A DNA stretch of 63,950 bases, filler included, from Octopus bimaculoides (Eukaryota): assembly GCF_001194135.2 (NCBI RefSeq). It is 7 parts of 5 records of this genome, joined end to end, with 100 filler letters (N's around TTAATTAATTAA, not from the genome) between each part and the next. Parts side by side here need not be neighbours in the genome. Positions count along the whole stretch, not along the records: positions 48,108 to 53,144 come from NC_068993.1; positions 53,245 to 63,950 come from NC_068991.1; 5 more parts are not named here. One strand, written 5' to 3'. The position numbers and the translations under genes were made by a program. This document shows, piece after piece, positions 51,816 to 63,950 of the stretch. Under the pieces are notes generated by a model that saw only the letters and a list, made by a program, of their open reading frames with translations, made no database searches and had not been told where the DNA came from. Each line of letters begins with the position of its first letter. Position 1 is the first letter of the stretch.

Positions 51816-52030
51816 CGTGGGTATGTGGGTGAGAAGCTTGCTTCTTCGCGACCATGGAGTCTTGGGTTCAGTCCCACTGCGTGGCACCTTCGGTAGGTGT
51901 CTTCTATTATAGTCCAAATCCGACCAAAGTTTTGTGATTGGATTCGGTAGGCGGAAGCTGAAAGGCGCCCATTGTATATGTGTGTGTGTGCATGTGTGTA
52001 TGTATGTAAGTATCTGTGTGCGTGTATGCA
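51816..52030 (+). mobile_element. Family A SINE, 5' half
   Basis: GGGTTCAGTCCCACTGCGTGGCACCTTCGGTAGGTGTCTTCT followed by (TG)n. Confidence 0.8.
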
Positions 52031-52059
52031 TCTATGTGTGTGTTTGCGAGACATTCCTG

Positions 52060-52585
52060 CAGATGACAAACTCTGTCCTGATCAAACCGAGAAAGACTTC
52101 ATTTGGGGCGTAGCAGGAAACGAGACGTTTCCACCATTATATGTTCGAAAAAAAGGAAAGGCTACCGAAGAGGAAGAAAGATGTTGTTTGCTTGTCCTGC
52201 ACCGCCTTTTGGGCGTTGAAGCTCGATTCTGAAGCTGATTCCATCAAAATGCCGTTGGGGAAAATATCACTGTCAGATACATCCTGGGTCATTTACTGCA
52301 TTGACAATTTGGGGGTTGACTGTGCATTGGGAAATTAGTAGCCGTTTGGGTGACCGTTTTAAGGAACGTTTACTGAAGATCCGATGCAACAACACCGAAC
52401 CACTTATATTTGTGTTCACTCAAATCAGTGATCACTCAGATCCCACGAGTCCACTTCTCAAAGCTACAACCACTTCCAGCATTTGGGAATTTATACGACA
52501 CCATATCATTCTTATACTCCAGCTTAACCGTCAACAAGAATTTATTATTCGCTTAAAAATCAACTTTCTTTGCCAGTCTTACTTT
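52060..52585 (+). mobile_element. Penelope-like element GIY-YIG endonuclease relic
   Basis: SWVIYCI; (G)EISSRLGDRFKERL (compare GETxRRLxDRFxEHL); RQQEFIIRLKI...YFSF (compare EQxLIFRLGTL...FSF), with frameshifts. Confidence 0.7.
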
Positions 52586-53103
52586 TCTTTCAAACACACA
52601 AACACACACACACACACACACACAAACATCTCACTCATACTTCGTTTCACTACAACACCTCGCATGCTCACTTACATTCCTTCCCTTGCATTTCACTCTT
52701 CTTTGCAAAATACAACTTTTTACCCACTCCATTACTTCAAATTTGCTATTCAATCACTCTATACATCAAAATAAACACCGTTTTTATATTTTCTATATAT
52801 TTTCCTTTCATTAGACTTTTCTTTCTTTCTCTTCTCTTTTTCTTGTATCACAGCATCAAATACATTCACTTTGTATCTTATCCACCGGTGTGTGCTTTTT
52901 TTTTTCTTTCTATTACCTGCTACTCGATTTCTTCCTGGTTATTAATTATTTACTGCATCACATTGATGCAGACTTAACCTAAATCATCTCTTGGTTTTTT
53001 TCTTATGATTAGCAACAGTTGGATATCTTGGATTTTAATAAATTTATAAACTCTGCCATATGTACTCTGTACTTTTTCTCGTCTTCAAGTGGAAACGCTC
53101 ATG

Positions 53104-53144
<41 letters not shown>

Positions 53145-53244
53145 NNNNNNNNNNNNNNNNNNNNNNNNNNNNNNNNNNNNNNNNNNNNTTAATTAATTAA
53201 NNNNNNNNNNNNNNNNNNNNNNNNNNNNNNNNNNNNNNNNNNNN
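53145..53244. other. Synthetic assembly join (44N-TTAATTAATTAA-44N)
   Basis: Linker at 53189-53200. Confidence 0.95.
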
Positions 53245-53283
<39 letters not shown>

Positions 53284-53285
<2 letters not shown>

Positions 53286-53444
53286 TACGACGGGCTTCTT
53301 TCAGTTTCCGTCTACTAAATCCACTCACATGGTTTTGGTCGTCCCGAGGCAATAGTAGAAGACACTTGCCCAAGGTGCCACGGCAGTGGGAATGAACCCG
53401 GAACCATGTGGTTGGTAAGCAAGCTACTTACCACATAGCCACTC
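53284..53444 (-). mobile_element. Family A SINE 5' half (truncated at the segment end)
   Basis: Reverse complement of the head and CORE-like region. Confidence 0.85.
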
Positions 53445-54549
53445 AGAATAATTTTATTAGCTCTGCAGTTAATTTATTTTCTTAAGAATAATAGTTTTAG
53501 AATTATTTGTCCAAGAATCAAAAGGAACAAAGAAAGGTTTTCACTACCAGCTAGCTCACTGATCACAAACTTAATCTGTTGCTTGCATTTTGTTGCAAGG
53601 TACTTACCCCTCCATTGCTTTAGTCGAAACGATCCATATATATTCCTATAACTGAATAATACAGGAATGCCATGTGTTGGACCGATATTCTTATTTAAGG
53701 CAAGTTTTCATGTACATCTTCTTAACAGCAAGAAAACCAGCAAGCGCTGGTTTTGGAGGCCTTGAAAATACGATAGATTTATAGGAAATGTGATAGATTT
53801 ATCTGTTTAAGGTGAGAAAAAAGAGCTAAGGGAGTGTCTACATGATAATCCACCCTGCAAGAAATGGCAACTAAATCTCCTCTAAATCACAAAAGTTGTA
53901 CATTGGATAATGTTGTTCTAGATACATTGTCTAATATATGAAAAAGGGATGGCTATGACAAATGGTTTTGATTAAGTTTCTGCTTGATCAGAGCTAACCT
54001 GGAGTTAATCTCCCACAACAGCATAAAACATGTAATGACTATTCGTCTATAAACATGTTTTTGAAGACATGTTTATAGTCAAATGTGCTGATTTCGTTAC
54101 GTTCAACACAAAGAGTTTTGCAGGTGATGAGGTTTATCATAGTTAATTGAGATGACCTTTCTGTATTATTGGTGCATATTTTAGTGACTCTAAAGGAAGG
54201 ACTGTCAGAGTTGACCCCTAGTAGAATTTTAGCCCAAAATATAGAGGTGAAATTAAATATGTACTATAGTGCATTTAGCAAACCAAAGAAGTCTATGTGG
54301 TTATTCAACCAGGTAATATTAGCAGCTAAATCTCCTTAATAACATACCTTGGCATCTTGATAAAGACAATATCTCTCAGCTTTATTGTTGAATTATAGAT
54401 AAGATTTAGCTATGCCGCAATGTTTCTTAAAAGAATACAGTTCATGTTAGAGAATATTTTTTGGTTAATTTTCAAAATGATTAAGAATTTTGAGAGGTAT
54501 AATAAAGTAACACAAACACACCTGTCTCTTTGTGTCTATGCGTGCATGT

Positions 54550-54604
<55 letters not shown>

Positions 54605-55324
54605 GTATTTGGAATAGAACTTCTACAAAAAATATTCTTTCGTAAAACTATAATGGAATTTATTTTACTGAAATCTCAAATTGGCATTTATTTAGTGATG
54701 GGATCCGGTTGGGATTACAACTAAAATATGAATGGTGAGGAGGAGGAGTCACAGGTGGGCTAGTATTGAAAGAGTTTAAGAGATAAAGCTCATTCAAATT
54801 ATGCCCTTATATNNNNNNNNNNNNNNNNNNNNNNNNNNNNNNNNNNNNNNNNNNNNNNNNNNNNNNNNNNNNNNNNNNNNNNNNNNNNNNNNNNNNNNNN
54901 NNNNNNNNNNNNNNNNNNNNNNNNNNNNNNNNNNNNNNNNNNNNNNNNNNNNNNNNNNNNNNNNNNNNNNNNNNNNNNNNNNNNNNNNNNNNNNNNNNNN
55001 NNNNNNNNNNNNNNNNNNNNNNNNNNNNNNNNNNNNNNNNNNNNNNNNNNNNNNNNNNNNNNNNNNNNNNNNNNNNNNNNNNNNNNNNNNNNNNNNNNNN
55101 NNNNNNNNNNNNNNNNNNNNNNNNNNNNNNNNNNNNNNNNNNNNNNNNNNNNNNNNNNNNNNNNNNNNNNNNNNNNNNNNNNNNNNNNNNNNNNNNNNNN
55201 NNNNNNNNNNNNNNNNNNNNNNNNNNNNNNNNNNNNNNNNNNNNNNNNNNNNNNNNNNNNNNNNNNNNNNNNNNNNNNNNNNNNNNNNNNNNNNNNNNNN
55301 NNNNNNNNNNNNNNNNNNNNNNNN

Positions 55325-55369
<45 letters not shown>

Positions 55370-55963
55370 TAGTTTCCTTACTGTTAAAGTAATACAAAGA
55401 TGGGGGTGAAAAACTTGATTAATGTTTTAACTGCTTTTATTTCCATAAATTTGAAGTCAGTAATAATTACTACACATCTTTACATTCATTTACTTTGCTG
55501 TACTAATATGAAAGAGGTAAATTTTCATTTAAATTTAAACATTTATACATGTATATATTTGTTAACAAAAGTATGAGTGGGACTTTTTGTTGTTGAAGTC
55601 AAGTAAATCAAAAAATGATGTCTTGTTCAAGAGCATTTTTGACTTGTACTAATGTGGCCATCAGTCTAACACTTTTCATTTCTCAGCCATTATGTCTATT
55701 GTTTCCTTTGTATTTGCATATATATAGAACCAATAGTCTATGTTTTCTCAATTTCGTTTTGTAATATTGTAATAAACATGGTTTATGGTGGTAGTTGATG
55801 GATTAGTTCTAATCTAATACTGACATCAGTATAAAAGAGCCTGCATGTAAATCTCACTGGACTGTCATACTGACTTTATCTTCAAACTGGAATTTTGTAA
55901 TCTATGTGGTAGAGCTTCATGGCAACTTTGGATGGTTGCAGTGAAAGAGTATTGTTATTTTGT

Positions 55964-56195
55964 TTAACCCTTTTGATACCAACCCACTTGAGACCACCCT
56001 TGGTTCAATGATGCAAATTTCCTGTTTTAAAAGTGATCTAAATTAGAATCTTCCATCAACATCTCATGTTAATTTATATTTCAAACACAGGCTTAATAAT
56101 GACAGAATTATTTTATGAAGTTCTTCATTATTTTCTAAATTAGCTGAGACAAAAGACAGCAGGTTTTAACAGAAATATGATAACAAAAGGGTTAA
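55964..56195. mobile_element. piggyBac-type MITE, family 2
   Basis: TTAA|CCCTTTTGATACC...TGATAACAAAAGGG|TTAA; homologous to 59336-59538 (inverted) and 56900-57233. Confidence 0.8.
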
Positions 56196-56589
56196 AGTCT
56201 TTCTTGAAATTCCTGAGATTATTAATGTTCAGAGATGAATAAAATTTAATCTTGTTACTGACTACACATAACTTATGATGGCAGAGTTTGCTCATTTGTT
56301 TTCAAGGTATCAGAATGGATGTATGTGATAGGACCATTCCTCTTATATCATTGTAGGAACTTTCAGCCCTTTTTTTCCTCAAGAAACCTTTACTTTTTTT
56401 TTTTTTGTATTGAAAGTATGCAATTTATTTATTTGAAATCTTAGACTCCATGTTGAAAATTCCACATATGCAACATGTTATTATTTAATTATTATTAATT
56501 AATATATCCTTTAAAATATTACTTAAATAATGGTTGATAAATATTATATTAGTGCCTGTAAAGAAATATAAAATCAGTAAATGCACATT

Positions 56590-56810
56590 TGTGGAGGCTC
56601 GTGGCTTAGTGGTTAGGGTGTCAGCATCATGATCGTAAGATTGTGGCTTCGATTCCTGGACCGGGTGACACGTTGTGTTCTTGAGCAAAAACTTCATTTC
56701 ACGTTGCTCTAGTCAACTCAGCTGGCAAAAATGAGTAATGCTGCGATGGACTGGGGAACACAAACGCCATTGAAACCGGGAAACCGGGCCCATGTGCCTG
56801 GCTGGGCTTT
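56590..56810 (+). mobile_element. Second tRNA-derived CORE-type SINE family
   Basis: A box TGGCTTAGTGG, B box GCTTCGATTCC, CORE-like GTGTTCTTGAGCAAAA. Related copies at about 29220-29440 (+) and 37910-38035 (-). Confidence 0.75.
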
Positions 56811-56899
56811 AAAAGGGCGCATTTATTATTTTATTTAAATGCACATTTATTTGTTAAAAAATTGTTGGCATTAGAAATAATATTAAAATATTAAACCAT

Positions 56900-57233
56900 T
56901 TAACCTTTTTGTGATCATATTCCAGCAGTGCTTCAGTGAGTTTTTGAGAATAATCAAATATTTGGAAGGATAAAATTTCTTTTAGCTTGTGTTTAGAACA
57001 TAGGTTATTAACCAGTTTGATACTGACCTGCATGAGACTACCTCTGGTTCTATGATGCAAACTTTGTTATTTTTGAAGTGATTTAAGTTAAAAACCTTCC
57101 ATCAAAATTTCATGTTGTTCTAAACACCACATTGATAATGTCAGTTATTTTACTAAATTCTTCATTATTTAAAAAAAAAAAATTGAAACAATAGCAGTGC
57201 ATTTCAACAGAAATATGGTAAGAAAAGGGTTAA
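56900..57233. mobile_element. piggyBac-type MITE, family 2 (longer or nested copy)
   Basis: TTAA|CCTTTTTGTGATCATATT...AATATGGTAAGAAAAGGG|TTAA, with an internal GAGACTACCTCTGGTTCTATGATGC shared with the 55964 copy. Confidence 0.65.
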
Positions 57234-58158
57234 CTCTTTCGTGATATTTGGAATGAAATACACTGCATATGTGTTTCCATTAATTTTGAAACTAATCAAG
57301 AATTTGGAAGAATTTAATAAAATAATTAACTTTGTCAGTGTCAAAGCTAGTTTATGGAAAATAACTTTTAACAAATTGTTCTCACACAAAATTATAATAG
57401 ATTCTATTATTTCAATATGAATATTTTGAACTGGCAATTTTTGTATTTTTGTAGAACCATTGGCAGTCTGAGACAGATTGGTATCAAAATAATTAAGGAG
57501 CTATGTTGATAAGTAAACAACAGCAGCCTAACTAGTTAGCCCAAAATATCACAGGAAACCTAAGGCCACAAGTTCTTTATCTACCCTCTGTTTTTATCAA
57601 CATTCAGCCTGCCAGTATCAGAATAGCAGGTGCATTTGCTTTTTCTGTAAGAAATTTTGAGGATGTTGATATTTTTTTTTCTAAAAAAAAACATGATTTA
57701 ACTAAAGATTATAATACTATTACTTCAATTTGTTGCTTTTGTAGATATAACAGTTTATAATTAGTATCTTTCTAGCAAGTTAGGTAGTTATTCCATTTGT
57801 TTCATTTTGTTTTGTTTTGTTTTTTTTCCACATTGTATGCTGTTTTCAATACAACTAGTACATTAGCAGTTAATCTTCTGTGTGTAAAGTAGATAATTAC
57901 TGTCCTCACCAGCCATTATAAATCATAGACTGAGTGGTGGAATTCATATGATTGTTTGCTGAAATAGTTCTTTAGGAAAGGTGTGCACGACAAAGTTTGA
58001 AAGAGACCTACATGATTCTTTTTCACGTACAATACAAAATTAAGCTTTTTTTGAAAAGAAACAGAAAATTAAACAAACTTTATCATGCTTTCTGGAATCC
58101 CTTCTAAAAGTTCTTGGAGAGAACACGAATTCACATCAAGAATTTTGCAAACCCAAAT

Positions 58159-58326
58159 ACTCTCTCTCTTTTACTTGTTTCAGTCATTTGACTGTGGCCA
58201 TGCTGGAGACTTATTCTTTGTAAGCCTAGTACTTATTCTATCGGTCTCTTATTGCCGAACCGCTAAGTGACGGGGACATAAACACACCAGCATCGGTTGT
58301 CAAGCAATGCTAGGGGGACAAACACA

Positions 58327-58406
<80 letters not shown>

Positions 58407-58564
58407 CGACAGGCTTCTTTCAGTTTCTGTTTACCAAATCCACTCTCAAGGCTTTGGTCGGCCCGAGGCTATAGTAGAAGACACTTGCCCAAGGTGCCAC
58501 GCAGTGGGACTGAACCCGGAACCATGTGGTTGGTAAGCAAGATACTTACCATACAGCCACTCCT
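58159..58564 (-). mobile_element. Near full-length family A SINE with a small internal deletion
   Basis: Reverse complement of the 46156-46582 element, lacking part of the 3' region. Confidence 0.9.
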
Positions 58565-59335
58565 GCAAAGCCATTTTGTTTTTTTAAATGAATTAACTTT
58601 GTGTATAATAGTTATACTTTAGACCATAACTTTATTAGTTGATTGGAGTTTTGGTTTAATGAGAATTGAAACTTTTAATTAAGTTTTGTGTTCTTGTCTT
58701 TATTTTACTATCTGTTCACCCACCACCACCATGTATAAGTTGGACTGCAAACCAGCTGAACTCCAGTTGTCTTGTTTCTGCAGCATCTTGTCTTTGAGGC
58801 CCATTGCTCTTAGATCCTAACTTCACTAATTTGCTCCAAAGTTTTTCTAAGTTTACCTCTATCAAGGGTAGTATTAATTTTTAGCTTTATACTACCTTGT
58901 TTCACCTGAGAAATATTGCGTGGTGTAAGAAGTTTTATTTCATAGTTGTTGTTCTGGGTTTGGTCTTACCGTGGCACTATGCCCAATTATTATAAATGAA
59001 ATTGGGTAGAAGGAAACTAAAGAAGTTCTTCTGATAGACTGGACCTGTTTTTGTGTGATAGACTTTACTGTTTCCTAGTTTAGCACCAGTCCATTGCTAT
59101 TAAGGTCGCTTTAGTGGAGTCTGTTATGTTGCAAACATTCGGATTTGGTGTCTGGGTTAAGAATACCTCTATCTTCACACACAGTTTCCTCCAGCAACAT
59201 CCCCCCTGCGTTGTTTCTTTCTCCCTCATGCAGGCCATGAGACTGGTGGTTTTTAATTATTTAAACAAAAATGTACAGTATTTGTTTTATATTGATTAGA
59301 AGTTCAATACACAACAATCGGTGCTGAGGATTTTT

Positions 59336-59538
59336 TTAACCCTTTTGTTACCATATTTCTATTGAGATGCTCTAACAAAGAATTTAGTAAAATAATACAG
59401 TTATCATTAAACTAGTGTTAGGAACATAAATTTTGACTAAGGTTTGGTGGAAGATTTTAATTCAAACCTTTTGAAAACAAGGCATTTGTACTACAGAGCC
59501 AGAGGCGGTTTCGGCCAGGTTGGTAATGAAAGGGTTAA
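59336..59538. mobile_element. piggyBac-type MITE, family 2
   Basis: TTAA|CCCTTTTGTTACC...GGTAATGAAAGGG|TTAA. Confidence 0.8.
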
Positions 59539-59573
59539 AGATGGGTGTGAGTTTGATGAAAATTTTGCTGTTT

Positions 59574-59803
59574 TTAACCCTTTAGTGTTAAAAGCAGCCA
59601 TATCCAGCCTAAATATTCTACATGTTTTATATTCAAACTGGCCATATCTAGCCTCTCACGCCTATCCTACAGTGACATTCTAAAAATAAAAACAATCATA
59701 TCATTGAAACCTCAAAGCTATAAGATAATACATGATTAATTCAAAACAATTTGAGTGAAAAATTATTACATTTAACAGAGTAATCTGAACACTAAAGGGT
59801 TAA
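59574..59803. mobile_element. piggyBac-type MITE, family 1
   Basis: TTAA|CCCTTTAGTGTT...AACACTAAAGGG|TTAA; internal sequence homologous to 39565-39797. Confidence 0.85.
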
Positions 59804-61160
59804 ACAAGCTGTGTAACCATGTAGAAGCTTATTAGTTGGCTCACCATCTAATTTGTTTGAATTCTAAACTGATTATTATTGAAATACAAACATTTCTAAT
59901 ATTAGCATTTTTGAATGGATTTCTATAGAAAGATAAAGATTGGTCTCTCTGCTAGGTTGATATCAAAAGGGTTAAAAGTATTTGCTGTTAACATTTTTCT
60001 TCATATCAATTGCCTCTACATGAGACACATTAAATATTTCCTTGTTTTTAACATGTGATTGTTTCCAATTGTTGATTAATCTTTCTCACGGCTGATTTTC
60101 ATTTCCTTAAACCAAAGAAAGTCTAGTTAAATAAAAAGGAAAGATAGAGAGAGAAAAAAAAAATGATCTCACCATCAGTTAAAGTAAATATTTACTTTTC
60201 TGAAAATATAAATGAAAAGCAAAACCTTGAGATCAACTTTCAACTGAAGCTGAGAAAAAAAAAAAAGAAAGAATTTCATAAGATGTAGAGTTAAATGACC
60301 ATTAAAAAACAACAACCCATCTATCATTTGTCTCAATATAACTTAATGCCAAGAAGGTAATGATTAATAACTCCGATAAGCACTTCAATAAAAAGACAGT
60401 CTCTTTATGTTGACAGCTTGTAGGTGAGTGATGTTGTTGAATCTTTATTAGAGACAAGATTTAATGTGATTGAATCTAGCTTTTGTGTGTGTTTTATGTA
60501 TTCACATATATATTTATATGAATATGTGTACATATATGTATGTATATATATCTATATATATATATATATATATATATATGTAATAGTCTTTTGAAAGATG
60601 ACATTCACTGTGCTGGAAACAACTAATGGCTTTGTCCGTAAGTTGAAAGCAAAGCAAGCAATAACTTGTTATTGAGACCCAAGTTCTGAGAGAGTTAAGT
60701 ATGAGAAAATACTTACTTTCAAGCAGCAGAAAATGATATATATCACACCTAATGAAAAGACACCATTGTTTTCAATCAATCAATACTGTCTAATCAATAT
60801 TACAGACATAGATGAAATAAATGAAATTTTTTTTTTCTTAAAGAAAAGGGTAAAAATATCTTGTTTCTTCCATTCTTGAATATACTAATTTAAAGGGCTG
60901 ATCTGTGGTGTAGTGGGATTGAGAAGGTCTATTGAGGTATTATAACTTTTTCTTTAAAAGTGATTCCCTATTGACCTTTTGGTTATAGGGGCACTTGAAA
61001 AAAAGTATTCTTAATATTATTTACTGTGGGAAAGTTAGCTTAGAGGAACTTTACCGCTACTATCTCTTTACCTTTCCAACTATACATACAGGAGTTGAAC
61101 ATCAGATTTTATGGGGGCAAATGATATACTACTAATAAGGGCCAAATTACCTTTGTTATT

Positions 61161-61434
61161 GCTTAGAGCAGGGGTTTTCAAACTGTGGTCCGTAGACAGC
61201 AAATATTTTTTACGGGCAATTTGATTTTATGTGTGTTTTTTTAATCGAAATCTTTTAATTGACAATAAACCTATTTGTTAAATACTGTTAAATAAATAAA
61301 TGTAAAAATATATGTTATTCTAAGCAAATATTTATGTATAAATTTCATAAGCGTTTATAAGGGGGTCCCTAAGGTAAAGCCTGAAATATAAAGGGGTCCG
61401 CAAGTCAAAAAGTTTGAAAACCGCTGGTTTAGAG
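61161..61434. mobile_element. hAT (Charlie-type) MITE with 8-bp target duplication
   Basis: Terminal repeats CAGGGGTTTTCAAACT (61169-61184) and AGTTTGAAAACCGCTG (61411-61426), 15/16 match. Flanks GCTTAGAG and GTTTAGAG, 7/8 match, close to the NTCTAGAN preference. Confidence 0.9.
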
Positions 61435-61750
61435 GAAGCCTTGTTTTTACTTTCACTTTCTGCTCATCAGATCTGTCAGGTGTTGAATATTAGGAAATTT
61501 TGTGCAGGTGAATGATATCTCACAAATAAGAACCAAATTGTTTATTATTTACACCCTATTAGCTTGAGAAAAAAAAAATTACTCTGAAAAATGTCAGGAT
61601 GGTCATGGTTGGAATGCTTTTGATCAAAGATTTGATAAATCAAACCCAATCTTAGTTACACAAAACATTTCTCAATATAGTGATGTTACTGCTGCTGCTG
61701 CAACAACATCTACTACTACTACTACTACTACTACTACTATTACCACCACG

Positions 61751-61813
<63 letters not shown>

Positions 61814-63950
61814 GCTGATAATATTTTTAAAGTAATCTTTAAAAGAAATGTTATTTGAAATCCTTATCCAACATCAATAAACAATTTGTTTTTATTANNN
61901 NNNNNNNNNNNNNNNNNNNNNNNNNNNNNNNNNNNNNNNNNNNNNNNNNNNNNNNNNNNNNNNNNNNNNNNNNNNNNNNNNNNNNNNNNNNNNNNNNNNN
62001 NNNNNNNNNNNNNNNNNNNNNNNNNNNNNNNNNNNNNNNNNNNNNNNNNNNNNNNNNNNNNNNNNNNNNNNNNNNNNNNNNNNNNNNNNNNNNNNNNNNN
62101 NNNNNNNNNNNNNNNNNNNNNNNNNNNNNNNNNNNNNNNNNNNNNNNNNNNNNNNNNNNNNNNNNNNNNNNNNNNNNNNNNNNNNNNNNNNNNNNNNNNN
62201 NNNNNNNNNNNNNNNNNNNNNNNNNNNNNNNNNNNNNNNNNNNNNNNNNNNNNNNNNNNNNNNNNNNNNNNNNNNNNNNNNNNNNNNNNNNNNNNNNNNN
62301 NNNNNNNNNNNNNNNNNNNNNNNNNNNNNNNNNNNNNNNNNNNNNNNNNNNNNNNNNNNNNNNNNNNNNNNNNNNNNNNNNNNNNNNNNNNNNNNNNNNN
62401 NNNNNNNNNNNNNNNNNNNNNNNNNNNNNNNNNNNNNNNNNNNNNNNNNNNNNNNNNNNNNNNNNNNNNNNNNNNNNNNNNNNNNNNNNNNNNNNNNNNN
62501 NNNNNNNNNNNNNNNNNNNNNNNNNNNNNNNNNNNNNNNNNNNNNNNNNNNNNNNNNNNNNNNNNNNTAGGCCACTGGTTTTAAATTGATATTAATCAAA
62601 TTAATAATCAATTTTTCACCCTTATTATTCAAATTATATTTATATATATATAATTCTTTTTTCACTTCTGTCTTGGACAAATTTTGAAATGTTTAAAACA
62701 ATCTTCATTTTATTAAACATGGCAATTTGTTTGCTTCCTTTTCAATCTCCCCTGTTTCATGAAAGACTGATGCAAGACACAGTTAACCCCCTGCTGGATT
62801 TGTTAGACAAAGCCTCAAACGTTGCTTATGGTACACCCCCCCCCCTCTCCTGAAAAAAACTAATTGCTGAGGAGAGACAACTGTCACACTGTGACCATGT
62901 CTCTCTCCTGCAGCATTTGAACAGACTACTGTAAATAAAGCAACAATGTGTTCAGACTGTCACACTCACTGTATGTTTGAGTGTGCTGTTTGGTTGAAAG
63001 AAAAGAAAAAAAAACAGGAAAAAAAAAAGCATGGAATATCCAGATCAAACACAAGCATGAAACTTTGATTGATGATGCAGTGAGTGATTCATCAGCTTTA
63101 TACAAATAAACTCTACTCGATATTTTTTTTTTTAAATCTCATTTGCATTTCAAAACACACACACACACACTTTTGCTCGGTAGATGTAATCACTTGTCTT
63201 TGACCATACTGGAGTACCACTTTCAAGGGTTTATATTCTCTAGTACTTATTTTTTTGATCTGGGAAGGATGAATAGCAAAGAACTCTTCTCCCTCCCTCC
63301 CTTTGTGTGTATGTGTGTATATATGAACTTTTTGAACCTATCTGAGACTAACCTTTGTAAGTCGACATTAGATTTATCAAAGAAATTTTGCTTTCTACAT
63401 TTACTTATTTATTGTAGTTTTGTTCTTGTCTGATTGTTGGTATATGAATTCCTTAAGAAAAATACTTGTTTTGAATGCTATAATCTTTTTTTTCTTCCCA
63501 TTACAAATCTTTTTATCCTTTCAGTGTTTTCAGGAATGTTAACGCTTTAATTAGCAGACATCTTTTTCTTCTCTGAACAAATATTTCTTTAGAAGCAGTA
63601 TTTCTTTAAATTAACCACTACTATTAAATAACATTAAAAAAAAAAAAAAAAAAAAGTAATTGAGGAGGAGAGAGTTTTTCTCAGAGAATTAATTTGATTT
63701 GTTACTTTAAACAGTTTTTTTTCTTTTCTTTCTTCAGAAACACACCTACTTGATTTAAAATGGATATTACTCACGGAAACACGGTACGTAATTTAACATT
63801 CTTTATAATTTGTATAATAATTAGACTTATCTATGCCAAAACTGTTTACTCCATATTTCTATGCTTTTATCAAAGTGTCATAACTTCATGGTATTCAACT
63901 ATATTTTTACTATGTCATTGTAGCCTTATGCTTCCTTTTTAATTTTGAAG

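Noticed and set aside
60579-60618. Plus-strand 40-nt candidate exon (MTFTVLETTNGFV|gtaagt), also readable as DDIHCAGN (SRCR-like)
   Set aside because: Weak acceptor; the SRCR-like frame hits a stop at once; no compatible neighbouring exon identified.
958-62680. Long ORFs in the track spanning N runs or made of CV/YI/TH/poly-M/poly-H/poly-S repeats
   Set aside because: They are translations of gaps and microsatellites, with no protein-like composition or splice support.
62765-62935. Protein-like stretch RLMQDTVNPLLDLLDKASNVAY
   Set aside because: Weak donor, the frame ends shortly after in homopolymer runs, and I recognise no family.

Overview
AT-rich, microsatellite-dense animal genomic DNA. 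The repeat families point to an octopus (inference: tRNA-derived CORE-type SINEs of the OR1/OR2 kind). The window is not one contiguous locus. Six synthetic 100-nt joins (44 N + TTAATTAATTAA + 44 N) split it into seven separately assembled segments: 1-8166, 8267-15461, 15562-22385, 22486-45638, 45739-48007, 48108-53144 and 53245-63950. The only recognisable host gene is the 5' end of a minus-strand leukotriene A4 hydrolase-like M1 aminopeptidase. It has exon 1 at 44734-44570, exon 2 at 31959-31820, a 12.6-kb first intron and a CpG-rich upstream region; later exons are absent, consistent with its segment ending at 22486. The rest is transposon material: a full-length decayed mariner inserted at a TA inside a SINE, other mariner relics, a hAT transposase relic split by a SINE, RTE, R4/Dong-like and Penelope retroelement fragments, a Helentron-type non-autonomous element, pogo-, hAT- and piggyBac-type MITEs, and several modular SINE families. 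I found no convincing new multi-gene system. The most unusual signals are two hammerhead-ribozyme-like relics (one folded into a 28-bp hairpin in the LTA4H intron), domain and tail shuffling among the SINEs, an element embedded in (TAA)n, and a CpG gradient that follows the gene body.
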